DNA of 64,000 bases, from NCBI RefSeq assembly GCF_009914755.1, contig NC_060926.1; one strand, given 5' to 3'. The translations under genes were made by a program, and so were the position numbers. This document shows, piece by piece, positions 1-13,110 of this stretch (position 1 is the stretch's first letter; each line of letters opens with the position of its first letter). The notes under the pieces were generated by a model that was given only the letters and a program-made list of their open reading frames with translations, did no database searches and was not told the DNA's origin. Source of the stretch: the human T2T-CHM13v2.0 reference genome, Homo sapiens.

Positions 1-300
1 TCCTTCTGGTGCTTCTATCTGCTGAGGGAAGTTCTCAAACTCAGTCAGGTTTGGAAAGTCATTGGGAGATTTTCCTAGAGGAGGCCAGGGAGGTTCCTCT
101 GAACCCTAAGCCTCTTTTGCCCTCATCCCCAGCAGAAAAGACGTGACAATGCCTGTCCTGACTGAATAAAGAAGAGAGATAAGTCCAGCTGAGGAGTCTG
201 TGTTATGGGATAATCGGAATTTGTACAGCAAAAGAGAAGCTATTCTCAGTATTTCAAGGAGAAATTATTCAAGTTGAATAAATTAGAGTCTAAACCACAG
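1..300 (+). other. Probable 3' flank (downstream of the RSS) of an immunoglobulin kappa V segment/orphon; the V exon would lie before the window
   Basis: Resembles remembered IGKV1 downstream sequence (…CTGCTGAG…TAGAGG…CCTCTGAACCCTAA…CAATGCCTGTCCTGACTGAATAAAGAAGAGAGAT…CTGAGGAGTCT…TTATGG). No V exon or RSS inside the window; based on recall only. Confidence 0.45.
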
Positions 301-911
301 TCTTTCTGAAGCCTATGGAGTGTTATTCATGAAGCAGGTACTAGACACAGGGGATTCTCAGGTGCTACTTCAGAAGCCAGGGTGCACCTGCCCCTGGTGG
401 TATGTGCTGAACACCGTGTGATGATCCTCAGTCTGGTCTGGGAAGCCCAGGGCTGGGGGTGCTGATGTTCTCAGCTGCCTGCAGCACATCTCCAGGTGAT
501 TCTCCAGTCCACACCTAACTGCATGTGTTTTACTTCAGGTGTCAGTGTACATGAATCCACCACTCTGACTTCCCAATCTCATGACAGTAATTAGTTGTAA
601 CTTATTGTAACCTCATGGAGCAACTCTAAAGAAACCATAGAGAGAAAAGGAGTTTTGGAAAATGTGCTCCCAGAAGTGATAGTAATGATGGGGAATTGAC
701 AGCTGATGGGGAAGTAAGGTGACTCTTTCCACAAGGCTCAACATTTTGCCAGTTACGAATTGTTGCAAAATACATTTGAATGTGCTTTCAAGTATTACCA
801 GTTTGGGGTCATAGCTGAAAAACTTTATTAAGTCACAGATAAAATGGGAAAATCAGGAAATTGTATGAAATACAGAATAACACTGTGTGTGATGGCTCAG
901 GTCTGTAATCC

Positions 912-1294
912 TGTGATAGTTAATACTGATTGTCAACTTGATTACATTGAAGGATGTAAGCATTGCTCCTGGGTGTGTCTGTGAGGGTGTTGCCAAAGGA
1001 GATTAATATTTGAGTCAGTAGTCTGGGGAAGGCAGACCCCCTACTTAATCTATGGGCACCATTTAATCAGCTGTCAGTGAATATAAAGCAGGCAGAAAAA
1101 AGTGAAAAACTGAGTCTGGCCCAGCCTCCCAGCCTACATCTCTCTCCCGTGTTGGATGCTTCCTACCCTTGAACATCGGACTCCAAGTTCTTTAGTTTTG
1201 AGACTCGAGCTGGCTCTCCTTACTCCTCACTCCTCATGCCTGCAGACAGCCTACTGTGGGACCTTGTGATCCTGTAAGTTAATATGTAATAAAC

Positions 1295-1362
<68 letters not shown>

Positions 1363-1409
1363 TTATTAGTTCTGTCCCTCTGTCCCTCTAGAGAACCCTC
1401 ACTAATACA
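912..1409 (+). mobile_element. MLT2A-family 5' LTR of a HERV-L provirus
   Basis: Starts TGTGATAGTTAATACTGATTGTCAACTTG and ends CTAGAGAACCCTCACTAATACA; contains the family's TA tract; followed directly by the PBS. Confidence 0.92.
1297..1361. repeat. (TA)n microsatellite, ~32 units, inside the LTR
   Basis: Perfect AT alternation seen directly. Confidence 0.98.
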
Positions 1410-4400
1410 GATTTTGGTACCAGGAATGGTTCTGCAGGAACAGAATATTAAGGTTGGAGTTCTTTTGTTGGTTTTGGGGTTTCTGGATTTGGCTGCTAAA
1501 TATGATTAGATCCCAAAATGCTAAGGACTCTACTTTTAATAGTGTAGAGAATATTGACAGTTCTTGGCATGAAAGGTTTAAAGAGCTATGCAAAACAAAT
1601 TCATTTGACACTAATGAATCATCCCTCGTGAGAGGCAAGGAGTTTAGCGACTCTGTACCTAATACCCTTGACAAACACCTTGCAAAATAGATTTGTGAGG
1701 ACAGCACCTGCATCTTTGAAGAGCCCTGTAAAGGCTCTTCTCTGTATGTCAGATCTAATGGTGAGAACTGCAGTCACTCAGTTACAAAAGTTAAATACAA
1801 TTTGGAATAATTGGATCCTGAAGTGGCAGGGGCCAAGTGGTAGCACTCAACCCTCAAAGGCACGGTGGGCGTAGCTACCGTAATGGGCAGAAAAGACAAA
1901 GCAGCAATCTGAACAGTCTGACTCATGTAGAGCTCTGGCATTGGCTAACTAATCACAGTGTTCCTAGAAGTGAAACTGACAGGAAGACTAATGCATTCCT
2001 ACTTAATTTACGTAAGGAGGAAACTTAAGGTCAAACAGATAAAAGACTAATTGGAATTATAAAAACAGAGATTCATGGCCCCTCAATCAATTTCCAGCCT
2101 TGAGCCAGGTTATGGACCCAGAACCCCTTGAATGAAGGGGAGGCTGGGTCCCCCCGACGTGTCCATGGCAGATAGGAATGCTGCTTTGAGGCTTTGGCAG
2201 GCCTCCATAGGTGAATCATGGTGGAGGCCTCTAGTATTTTGCAGCAAGGCCCGGTCATCTTCTCCAGTTAACTACTCTCCTTTTGAGAGACAGCTCTTGT
2301 CCTATACTGGGCTTTTGTGGAAACTGAACATTTGACTATGAGTCAACAAGTCACCATGCGACCTGAACTGCCTATCGTGAACTGGGTGCTTTCTGACTCA
2401 TGTAGCCATAAAGTGGGTCATGCACAGCAGCATTCCATCATCAAATGGAAATGGTGTATAAGTGATTGGGCTCAAGCAGGTCCTGGGGGGCACAAGTAAG
2501 TTACATGAGGAAGTGGCTCAAGTGCCCATGGTCTCTACTCCTGCCACCCTGCCTTCTCTCCCGCGGCCTGCACTGATGACCTCATGGGGACTTGCCTTTG
2601 AGCAGTTGACACAGGAAGGGAGGACTAGGGCCTGGTTCACAGATGGTTCTCCACAATAGGCAGGTACCGCCCAAAAGTGGACAGCTGAAGCACTACAGCC
2701 CCTTTCTAGGACATCCCTGCAGGACAGTGGTGAAGGACAATCTTCCCAGTGGGCAGAACATTGAGCAGTGCACCTGATTGTGCACTTTGCATGGAAGGAG
2801 AAATTTCCAGATGTGCGGTTATATACTGATTCATGGACTGTAGCCAATGGTTTGGCTGGATGGTCAGGGACTTGGAAGAAGCATGATTGGAAAATTGGTG
2901 ACAAAGAAACTTGGAGAAAGAGTATGTAGATGGACCTCTCTGAGTGGTCAAAAACTGAAGATATTTGTACCCTGTGTGAGTGTTGACCAACAAGTGACTT
3001 CAGCAGAGGAGGATTTTGATAATCAAGTGGATAAGATGACCCGTTCTGTGGATACCACTCAGCCTCTTTCCTCAGACACCCCTGTCATTGTCCAATGAGC
3101 CCATGAACATAGTGGCCATGGTGGCAGGGATGGAGGCTATGCATGGATTCAGCAATGTGGACTTCCACTCACCAAGGCTGAACTGTCTGTGGCCACTGCT
3201 GAGTGCCCAATTTGCCAGCAGCAGCAGCAGAGACTAACAGTGAACCCTTTGTATGGCGTCATTTCCTGGGGTGATGGACCAGCTACCCGGTAGCAGGTTG
3301 ATTATATTGGAACTCTTCCACCATGGAAAGGAGAGAGGTTTGTCCTCATTGGAACAGGCACTTACTCAGGATATGGGCTTGCCTACCTGCATGCAATGCT
3401 TCTGCCAAGACTACCATTTATGGACTCAAGGAATGCCTTATCCACTATCACGGTATTCCACACAGCATTACCTCTGACCAAGCACTCACTTTACAGGTAA
3501 AGAAGTGAGGCAGTGGGCTCATGCTCACGGAATTCACTGGTCTTACCATATTCCCCATCTTCCTGAAGCAGCTGGATTGATAGAATGGTGGGACGGCCTT
3601 TTGAGGTCGCGATTACAACGTCAACTAGGTTACAATACTTTGCCGGGCCGGGGCACCATACTCCAGAAGACCATGTGTGCTCTGAATCAGCGCCCAATGT
3701 ATGGTATTGTTTCTCCCATAACCAGGATTCACAGATCCAGGATTCAAGGGGTGGATGTGAAAGTGGAACCACTCACTATGATGCACTGGCAAAATGTTTG
3801 CTTTCTGTTCCCACGACATTAGGTTCTGCTTTACTAGTCATCTTAGCTCCAGAGGGAAGAACGCTGCTACCAGGAGACACAATAACGATTCCATTAAACT
3901 GGAAGTTAAGATGGCCACTTGGACGCTTTGGGGTCCTCCTACCTTTAAGTCAACAAGCTAAGAATGGAGTTACAGTGTTGGCAGCAGTGATTGACCCAGA
4001 CTATCAAGATGAAGTCAGTCCGCTACTCCACAACGGAAGTGAGGAAGAGTATGCATGGAATATAGGAGATCCATTAGGGCGTCTCTTGGTATTATCATGA
4101 ACTCTGATTAAGGTAAATGGGAAACTATACCCAATCCAGGTAGGACTACACATGGTCCAGATCCTCTCCGGGTCACGACCTGCTGAGGTGCTTGCTGAAG
4201 GCAAAGGGAATACAGAATGAATAGTGGAAGAAAGTAGTTATCAATACCAGCTACGACCACCTGACCAGCTGCAGAAATGAGGACTGGAACTATCATGAGT
4301 ATTTCCTTCTTCTTTTGTTAAAAACATGTTTGTGCATGTATGCACTTGTACTAAGAAAATATCTTCATTTCATTTCCCTTTTCTTTATCAGGTGACATAG

Positions 4401-4598
4401 ATTTGCTGACCTCATATCAGCATTTAAGTATTGTTTACTTTATGTAAGAGTATTTGGGTTGGGGATGGGTGCATTTCCAGTTGTAGGAAGGATAGTTTAT
4501 TATGTTAGGGGTAATTATGACCTTACTATTGTCTGTATTTTAAGATTATGTATGATCTCAGGAGATGTGTGTGGGTTCAAGTTCACAAGGGGTGGGCT
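1410..4598 (+). mobile_element. HERV-L internal region, decayed and internally deleted (PBS, gag remnant, RNase H, integrase, dUTPase, PPT)
   Basis: PBS-like TGGTACCAGGAATGG just after the LTR. ORF fragments YSPFERQLL, HKVGHAQQHSIIKWKW, RAWFTDGS (RNase H), HGIPHSITSDQ and GIHWSYHIPHLPEAAGLIE (integrase), LLPGDTITIPLNWKLR…VIDPDYQDE (dUTPase). Purine tract AAGGGGTGGG before the 3' LTR. Many stops and frameshifts. Confidence 0.93.
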
Positions 4599-5046
4599 TG
4601 TGATGGTTAATAATGAGTGTCAACTTGATTGGATTGAAGGATGTAAAGTATTCATCCTGGGTGTGTCTGTGAGGGTGTTGCCAAAAAAAGATTAACATGT
4701 GAGTCAGTGGGCTGGGAAAGGCAGACCCACCCTTAATCTGTGTGGGCACAATCCAATCAGCTGCCAACCCAGCCATACTATAAGCAGGCAGAAAAATGTG
4801 AAAAGAGACGGGCCTCGCCTCCCAGCCTACATCTTTCTCCCACGCTGGATGCTTCTTGCCCTCGAACATGGACTCCAAGTTCTTCAGTTTGGGAACTCTG
4901 GCTGGCTCTTTTTGCTCCTCATCCAGCAGATGACCTATTGTGAGACTTGGTGATTGTGTGAGTTAATACTTAATAAACTTCCTGTATTAGCCAGTGGCAT
5001 CTAGAGGGACAGAACTAACAGGATATATACATATATATATATATAT

Positions 5047-5086
<40 letters not shown>

Positions 5087-5512
5087 TTATTTATAAAGGG
5101 GAGTTTATTAACTTACAGGATCATAAGTTACACAATGGGCTGTCTGCAAACTGATGAGAAAGGAGAGCCATGGAGTCCAATGTTTGAGGGCAGGAAGAAA
5201 CCAGCATGGGAGAAAGATGTAGGCTGGGAGGCTAGGCCAGTCACTCCTTTTCAAATTTTTCTGCCTGCTTTATATTTGCTGGCAGCAGATTAGATTGTGC
5301 TCACCAGATTAAGGGTGGGTCTGCCTTCCCCAGCCCACTGACTCAAATGTTAATCTCTTTCGGCAACACTCTCACAGACACACCCTGGATCAATACTTCA
5401 TATCCCTCAATCCTATCAAGTTGACAGTCATTATTAACCATCTCACTCCCCTTCATATATATATGTATATAGTCCTTTAATTCTGTCACTCTAGAGAACC
5501 CTGACTAATACG
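4599..5512 (+). mobile_element. MLT2A 3' LTR, split by a nested inverted LTR
   Basis: Starts TGTGATGGTTAATAATGAGTGTCAACTTGATTGGATTG, breaks at 4982, resumes at 5446 and ends CTAGAGAACCCTGACTAATAC. Confidence 0.9.
4983..5445 (-). mobile_element. Solo MLT2A LTR inserted in reverse orientation in the 3' LTR
   Basis: Begins TGTATTAG…TCTAGAGGGACAGAACTAA (reverse complement of LTR end) and ends AAGTTGACAGTCATTATTAACCATCTCA (reverse complement of LTR start). Flanks CTTCC / CTCCC. Confidence 0.88.
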
Positions 5513-5779
5513 TCTACACTTCTGATGATCTATTTCTTTTATTTTAGGTCATTTATTTCCCCTGGGTTGCATACACTCGCTTCTTCCCACTCTCCTATGA
5601 AGGACAATATAAGCCTCTGGACCTCACTAGGTCAGGGCATGTCCCTGCTTGCACTATCCATGACACTTTCCTCTTTTACTCTTTAGCAATGAGGGAATGT
5701 CATCCTTACCCAGATGCCAGCCACCTGTCTCACATCCAGGACAGAGAGTCTCCATCTCCTCTCCAGCAAATACCCATGT

Positions 5780-5925
5780 ATGTGGGCATGGTGGCATGCC
5801 CCTGTGATCCCAGCTACTCCATAGGCTTAGGGGGCAGAATCACTTGTGCTTGAGAATTCAAGGTTGCAAGGAGCCATGATCACACCACTGCACTTCATGC
5901 TGGGTAACTGAGTGAGACCCTGTGA
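5780..5925 (+). mobile_element. Old Alu monomer (FRAM/AluJ-like)
   Basis: GGGCATGGTGGCATGCCCCTGTGATCCCAGCTACT…CACTGCACT…GTGAGACCCTG, diverged. Confidence 0.8.
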
Positions 5926-6040
5926 TTTTTCGCCTACATTTTACAGAATTTTTTTTTGCCTCTTTCTTCTATTAATTTATGTTTTGTCCATTCATTTTCT
6001 GCAAACCTTTAGAGGGCAAATAGGAAGTTTCCCTTTTTAA

Positions 6041-6340
<300 letters not shown>

Positions 6341-7254
6341 AAACAAAAACAAACAAAGAAAAAAACACCTACTGCCTCACTGAATTAAAGGCGTGTTCAG
6401 CAGTTTCTTTGTTATTTCAAAGAGTGGCATCTGCTTCAGCAGGGTCAGTTTTTAATGTATTTGTTTTGTTTCTTTTTTCTCTGTCTGGTGTTCTTTTCTA
6501 TTTTTAAATTTGAGGGATGAGGTTTTCATAGTACTGAATATCAAACAATGAATCCGCATGAATGATTCACCTAATTTCCCTGGTTTTAGTCCTCTATACA
6601 GGTTTTATATAGCAAAAGAACCATTTAAAGACTTGGGTTACAAATGTATTTTATTTTACCTCTGGCATGCCTTGGGCTGAGAAAGCATTATATGGTGGCA
6701 CAATATTTGTAACATTCTCATAGCCATCTGGTGGTGGTTCGAGGTATGACATTTTGAAAATCTAGCAAGAATTAAAATATGTCAAGTTAGAGAGAAAAAT
6801 TCCAGATTATTATTAAGTTATAATTCATTTTGCCCCAAGTATATACTTCAGATTAAGCATCCTGGAACTAGGTTCTATAATTAAATAAATTACACTGACA
6901 ACAATGAGAAAGAACCTTACCATTATTATTGTCTTCCTAATAATAGAAACTTTTATAAATGCATGCAATCTCAGGTAACCAAAAGTTTCCTTATAAAGTG
7001 TAACAGCAGAGCTTCAAAGGTGGCACTTTGGCAAGCCTCTTTTTTTGACTATGCCTTTTCAGCTTCCTTTGTGGGCTCCTTTTCTTTCATCTTTATTTAA
7101 ATAATATTTCCCTATGTTTTATCCCCAGCCCATTGCTTGCCTCTGTACTGCCTCCCTGCAAGACTTCATTAAGTATCAGAATTTTACCAATAGCTCATAT
7201 GCTTATGATGCTTACCTTTTCAGATTCGTATATTTAAATGTTTTGTGGTTATTT

Positions 7255-8100
7255 CATCCTGGATGTCCAAACTCAACATGTTAAAATTCAAATTTATCAT
7301 CTCTCACCCCGGGCCTGCTTTTGGTCTGCATTTCCTCCCTCTATTAATAGCTTCAGTCATTAGCCACCGACACCAGACAGTCTCGGAGTCATCCTGAACT
7401 CTATCTTCCCCTCCTTCCCCAAGTCAATCACTAATCAAGTCCTGCTAATACATTTCCTTACTATTTCTGAAACCCATCCCTCTTCCTCATTCCTACTAAC
7501 ATCCTAATTTAAAACTTTATTATCTTTTACCTGGACTATTGTCTTAAGACAACAACTTTAACCCGTTGCTTAGCCTAGGTGTAATCCACAGAGGATCTTG
7601 TCTGTCTAAAATGCCCCTCTAGCCACATCCTTCCCCTGCTCAGATCTTGTCATTGGCTCCCATGAACTGAAGTTGAAGTTTAAGCTCCTTAGGACAGCAT
7701 ACACGCCCTTCTATGATCTGTTCCCAGAACATATTTACTGGTTTATCTCATACCATGGCCCACTTTGTATTTTACACTTTTGAAATACAGAAAATAATTA
7801 CATTCTCCCAATAATACTAAGCTAGTATATGCCTAAAAGCCTTTGCCAATATTTTGTCTTTTGTTGAGAATTCCCTTAGCTTATTTTGTCACGTGGTTAA
7901 CTCCTTATGTCCTTTCATGACTCACATGTCAAGACTTCAGGAAACCTTCTCTAACTCCCAGGCTGGGCTGAGTGACCCTTTTCTGGGTAAATAATGAACT
8001 CTAATCATACTCTTCATAGCACTTACCGTACTAATTTGAAGTCTGAAGTATTCCATTGTCTGCCTCACTTTACTTAGGCAAAGGAACCATGTCCTAATCT
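7255..8100 (+). mobile_element. Decayed L2 3' fragments
   Basis: L2-like motifs CTGGATGTCC…AAACTCAACATG, GGAGTCATCCTGAACT, CTGGACTATTG, GGAAACCTTCTCTAAC. Confidence 0.55.
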
Positions 8101-8492
8101 CATTCTGGCCTCAGGACTTCAGCCTGGGCGACAGTGGGAGACTGTGTGTCAAAAAAAAAAAATTGCCAATGATTGAAGCCTAATACTGAAGATTCTGGTT
8201 TATTAATAATTAGTCTGTTCCTGGGTGTTAATTGAGCTCTCCAAGTGATTACTCATGTAGGACTTCAAAACAATAATTTAGAACCTTGTGACTCAAAACC
8301 TGGGCAAAAATAAGCAGCATCAGTATCACCTGAGAGCAGCTTCAGGTCTCACTTTAGATTTACTCTGAATCTAAATATTATATTTTAATTAAAAAAATTA
8401 ACAGATGACAAGCTTCAACTACACGTAAATTCTTTAGATTTACTTTAAAAGAATCAACATTTTGACACAATACCAAAGTGAACTAAATTCGC

Positions 8493-8797
8493 TTTTTTTT
8501 TTTTTTTTTTTTTTGAGACAGAGTCTTGTTCTGTTGCCCAGGCTGGAGCTCAGTGGTGCAATCTCGGCTCACTGCAACTTCCACCTCTCCAGTTCAAGCG
8601 ATTATCTTGCCTCGGCCTCCAAAGTAGCTGGGATTACAGGCACATGCCATCATGCCCGGCTAATTTTTGTATTTTTAGTAGAGACAGGGTTTCACAATGT
8701 TGGGTCAGCTGGTCTTGAACTCCTGACCTCAAGTGATCTGCCCTCCTCGGCCTTCCAAAGTGCTGAGATTATAGACATGGGACACCATGCCCAGCCT
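8493..8797 (-). mobile_element. AluS
   Basis: Poly(T) followed by GAGACAGAGTCTTG…CCATGCCCAGCC. Confidence 0.95.
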
Positions 8798-8929
8798 AAA
8801 TTTGCTTTAATTTGGAGAAGTACTGGTCTAGAAAACACAAATTCCAAGGAGACTCAGGTTCTTAAGTTGATTTCTTGAGTACAAGTCCTTCAAATGCATT
8901 CTCCAAGATTAATTTTTTTTTTTTTTTAC

Positions 8930-11160
8930 TTTTTAAATTGACAAAGATTATACATATTCATGGCTCTACGGGGATGTTTCAGTACATGTAGATGGTGATC
9001 AGATCAGGGCAATTAGCATATCTATCATCTCAAACATTTATTATTTCTTTGTGTTGGGAACATTCAAACTACTCCTAGGTATTTTAAACTACATAATATA
9101 GCATTGTTAACTATAGTCATCTACAGTACTATAGAACACTAGAACTTATTACTCTTACCTAGCTGTAATTTTGTATCCATTAACAAATCTCTTACTATTC
9201 CTCCTTTCTCCCTACCCTTTTCAGCCTGCAGTATCCTCTGTTCTACTTTTTACTTCTATGAGATCAACTTTTTTTTAGCTTCTGCGTGAGTGAGAACATG
9301 TGGTGTTGAAATTTCTATTCCTGGCTTATTTTGCTTAGCATAGTATCCTCCAGTTCCATCCATGTTGCTGAGAATGACAGGATTTTATTTATTCTTTTTT
9401 ATGGCTAAATAGCATTCCTTGGTGTATATATACCATATTTTAAAAATCCATTCATCTGTTGTTGGAAACCTAGGTTGATTCCATATCTTGGCTATTGTGA
9501 ACACTGTTGCAATAAACATGGGGATGCAGATGTCTCTGCAATATAATGCTTTTCTTTCCTTTGGATAAATTCCCAGTAGTGGGATTGCTTGAGGTGTTTC
9601 AATACTGTTCTCCATACCGGCTGCACTAATTTACATTCCTACCAACAGTGCATAAGAGTTCCTTTTTCTCCAGCTACTCAGGAGGCTGAGGGAGGAGAAC
9701 TATTTGAACCCTAGAAGCAGAGGGAGCCAGATTACACCACCACTGCACTCCAGCCTGGACGGAGAGTGAGACTCTGTCAAAAAAAAAAAAGTCCCTTTTC
9801 TTCACGTCTTTGTCAGCATTTGTTATTTTTGTCTCTTCTATAATAGCCATCCTAACTGGAGTAAGATGATGCCTCACTGTGGCTTTGATTAGCATTTCCT
9901 TGCTGATTAGTGGTGTTGAACATTTTTTCATATACTTGTTGGTCATTTGTATGTCTTCTTTTGAGAAATGTCTGTTCAGAGCATTTGTTTATATTTAATT
10001 AGATTGTTGTGCTTCTTTGCTGTTGATATGTTTGAATTCCTTGTATATTCTTGATATTAATTTCCTGCCAGATGAGTTTATATTTTCTCCCATTCTGTAG
10101 ATTGCCTTTTCACTCACTTTATTATTTCCTTTGCTGTGCAGAAGATTTTTAGCTTGATGTGATCCCATTTGTTTATTTTTTCTTTTGCTGCCTGTGCTTT
10201 TGATGCCTTATTCATAAAATATTTTCCCAGAGCAATGTCCTGAAGGATCTCCCCTATGTTTTCTTCTAGTAGCTTTACCATTTTGGGTCTTATATTTGGG
10301 TATTTGAGATACTTTGAGTTGATCTTTGTATAGGGTGAGAGGCAGAGGTCTAGTTTCATTCTTCTGCATATGGATATCCAGTTTTTCCAGCACCATTTAT
10401 CGAAGAGACTATCCTTTCCCCAATGAGTGTTCTTGGCGCCTTTGTAAAAAATCCGTTGGCTGAGATATGTGGATTTTCTGGGTTCTTTATTCTATTCCAT
10501 AGGTCTATGTGTCTGTTTTTATGCCAATACCATGATGTTTTGGTTACTACAGTTTTGTAGTATATTCTGAGGTCTGGCAGCATGATACATCCAGCTTTGT
10601 TCTTTTTGCTTAGGATGGCTTTGGCTATTCAGGATATTTTTTGATTCCATAAAATCTCTTTGGATTTTTTTTAATTTTGTGAAGAATATTCATAGGTATT
10701 TTGATAGAGATTGCATGGAATCTGTAGGTTGCTTTTGAGTAGTACTGTCACTTTAACAACATTCATATTTCTGATCCATGAGTGTGAATGTCTTTTCATT
10801 TGTTTGTATCCTCTTCAATTTCTTTCATTAGTGTTTTGTAGCTTTCATTTTACCTCCTTGGTTACATTTATGTCTGGGTTTTATTTTTTTGGTAACTATT
10901 GTAAATGGGTTTGCCTTCTTAATTTCTTTTTCAGCGAGTTTGTTGTTCATATATATAAATGCAACCAATCTTTGTGTATTAGTTTTGTGTCTTGCAACTT
11001 CACTGAATTTGTTTGTTCTAAAAGTTTTCTGGTAGAGTCTTCAGGTTTTCCTATATATAAGATCATGTCATCTGCAAATAGGAACAATTTGATGTCCTCC
11101 TTTCCGATTTGAATGGCCTTTATTTCTTTCTCTTGTCTAATTACTCTTGATAGGACTTCA
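8930..11160 (-). mobile_element. Old L1 (L1MA/L1PB-like) 3' portion
   Basis: Minus-strand ORF2 remnants (LPDLRIYYK…[35 protein letters not shown]…WNQP) and an L1 3' UTR. Confidence 0.92.
9670..9790 (+). mobile_element. 5'-truncated Alu inside the L1
   Basis: Right arm only, with poly(A); flanked by imperfect TSD GAGTTCCTTTTTCTC / AAGTCCCTTTTCTTC. Confidence 0.85.
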
Positions 11161-11402
11161 CATTTATATACTTTGAATATTTAAAATGTTTACATAAATG
11201 TCAGAATCAACTTTCATTTTTCATAGAAAAAGAAGACCCTACTTGTTTTGTAGTTTTAATATTAATCAATTATTATTATCTGAGACAAATTATTTAACAA
11301 ATTAAACTGTCTATTAAAATATTTCACCACAAATAAATTCCATAAGGAAAATATCTACAACTGTTTTTATGAAAGAATAAAAGGCTTCTCTACAGTTGCG
11401 TA

Positions 11403-11695
11403 GGCCCGGTGCCATGGCACACACCTATAAATCCCAGCACTGTGGGAGACCATGGCAAGAGGATCCTTTGAGCCCAGGAGTTTGAGACCAGCGTGGACAA
11501 CAAAGTGAGACCTCATCTCTACAAAAAATAAAAAAGAAATTAGCTGGCCATGGTGGTGCGTGCCTGTGGTCCTAGCTACTCGAGAGGCTGAGTAAGGAGG
11601 ATCACTTGAGCCAGGGAGGTGGAGGTTTCACTGAACCATATTCACGCCACTCCACTCCAGCCTGGGCAACAGAGCTAGACCTTGTCTCAAAAAAA
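11403..11695 (+). mobile_element. AluJ
   Basis: Diverged dimer with J-type GAGGATC…TTGAGCCCAGGAGTTTGAG. Confidence 0.9.
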
Positions 11696-11775
11696 TTAAG
11701 TTAGTTAAATTAAACATGAAGTTGCATTGTATTTAAGAAATTTGGAAAGCAGAAAATGCTTCTGCTTTTCTTTTG

Positions 11776-11995
11776 AGTTGAACAATGAGAACACATGGAC
11801 ACAGGGAGGGGAACATCACATACCGGGGCCTGGGGGAGTGATAGCATTAGGAGAAATACCTAATGTAGATGATGGGTTGGTGGGTGCAGTAAACCATCAT
11901 GGCATGTGTATACCTATATAACAAACCTCCAGGTTCTGTACATGTATCTCAGAACTTAAAATGTAATAATAACAATAATAAAAATGACAAAAAAA
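11776..11995 (+). mobile_element. Short L1PA 3' end
   Basis: TTGAACAATGAGAACACATGGACACAGGGAGGGGAACATCACA…AGAACTTAAAATGTAATAAT. Confidence 0.9.
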
Positions 11996-12399
11996 AGGAA
12001 ATGCTTCTTGTTAGAACAGATTACATACCCTCATTGCTTTTTATAATAGCCTATAATAACAGAATATCCACAAGGTGGCAGTAATATATCAGTTTTATCC
12101 TCTGAAATTAAAACTTTTGCCTATTCAGTAATACAATGGATCTTTTGAACTCACTCTAACACGTAGAATACAGCAATTTGACTTAATAATTAGCCTTTAA
12201 ATTTATAGTCTTGTATTATCACTTTAGTGGTTTGAATTATGTTGTATTTTAATATATTTAAATGAATTCGTCCTATACAAATTGACTAATTTGACATGTG
12301 GAGGTGTTTTTATTCAATTTTCAGAAGTTTAGCTTTAAAAAAATTTCTAAACTTTGATATCTGGTGAGTGCCAATGTTTTTATCTTATTAAAAGGTGAC

Positions 12400-13110
12400 A
12401 GACCACACTATATTCAACTGATTTTTTTTTTTTTAACAAGGATGCAAAATCAGTTTAAAGGAAGGATATCTTTTTCAACAAATGGTGCTAGAGCAATTGG
12501 ACATTCACAGGTACAAAAACTAAGACTGACCTAAATTTATACTTTATACAAAATTTAGCTCACATAAATCACAGGCTTAAATGTAAAATGTAATATTATA
12601 AAACTTAAAGTTGTGTATGGTAGCTCGTGCCTGTAATCCCAGCTACTACTCAAGTGGCTGAGGTGGAAGGATCACTTCAATCCAGCCGTTAGTGGCTGCA
12701 GTGAGCAATGATGGCACCACTGCACTACAGCTTGGGTGAAACCTCGTCTCAAAAATAATAAATAAATAAATAAATAAATTCATTAAACTTTTTAAAACAG
12801 AAGAAAACTCTTGAGACCTTGGGCTAGGCAAATAATTTTTAGGCTTGATGTCGAAAACAAAATCTACAAAAGGGAAAAGTGATAAAACTGGACTTCATTA
12901 AAATAAATAAACACTTTTTTTTTTATTTTTATTTTTTTTTTTTTTTACTTAGAAAGACCCTGTAAAGAGGTTGAAAAAATGAATTACAGACTGGGAGAAA
13001 TAATTTGCATACCATGTATCTGACAAAGAACTTACATCTAGCATATGTAAAAAATTCTCAAAACTCAATAGTAATAAATAAGGTATCCAATTAGAAAATA
13101 GGCATATGTG
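12400..13110 (+). mobile_element. Old L1M fragment interrupted by an Alu monomer (~12615-12780)
   Basis: TTTTCAACAAATGGTGCTAGAGCAATTGGACA, GACTGGGAGAAATAATTTGCA…TATCTGACAAAG. Confidence 0.75.

Noticed and set aside
384-402. CTCF-like motif (CCACCAGGGGCAG on the minus strand)
   Set aside because: One base short of the core consensus spacing; cannot be supported without a PWM or ChIP data.
1454-4296. ORFs of 60-171 aa in the ERV as functional genes
   Set aside because: They are fragments of gag/pol/dUTPase broken by stops and frameshifts.
900-5520. Target-site duplication around the whole provirus
   Set aside because: Flanks (AATCC left, TCTAC right) do not match convincingly.
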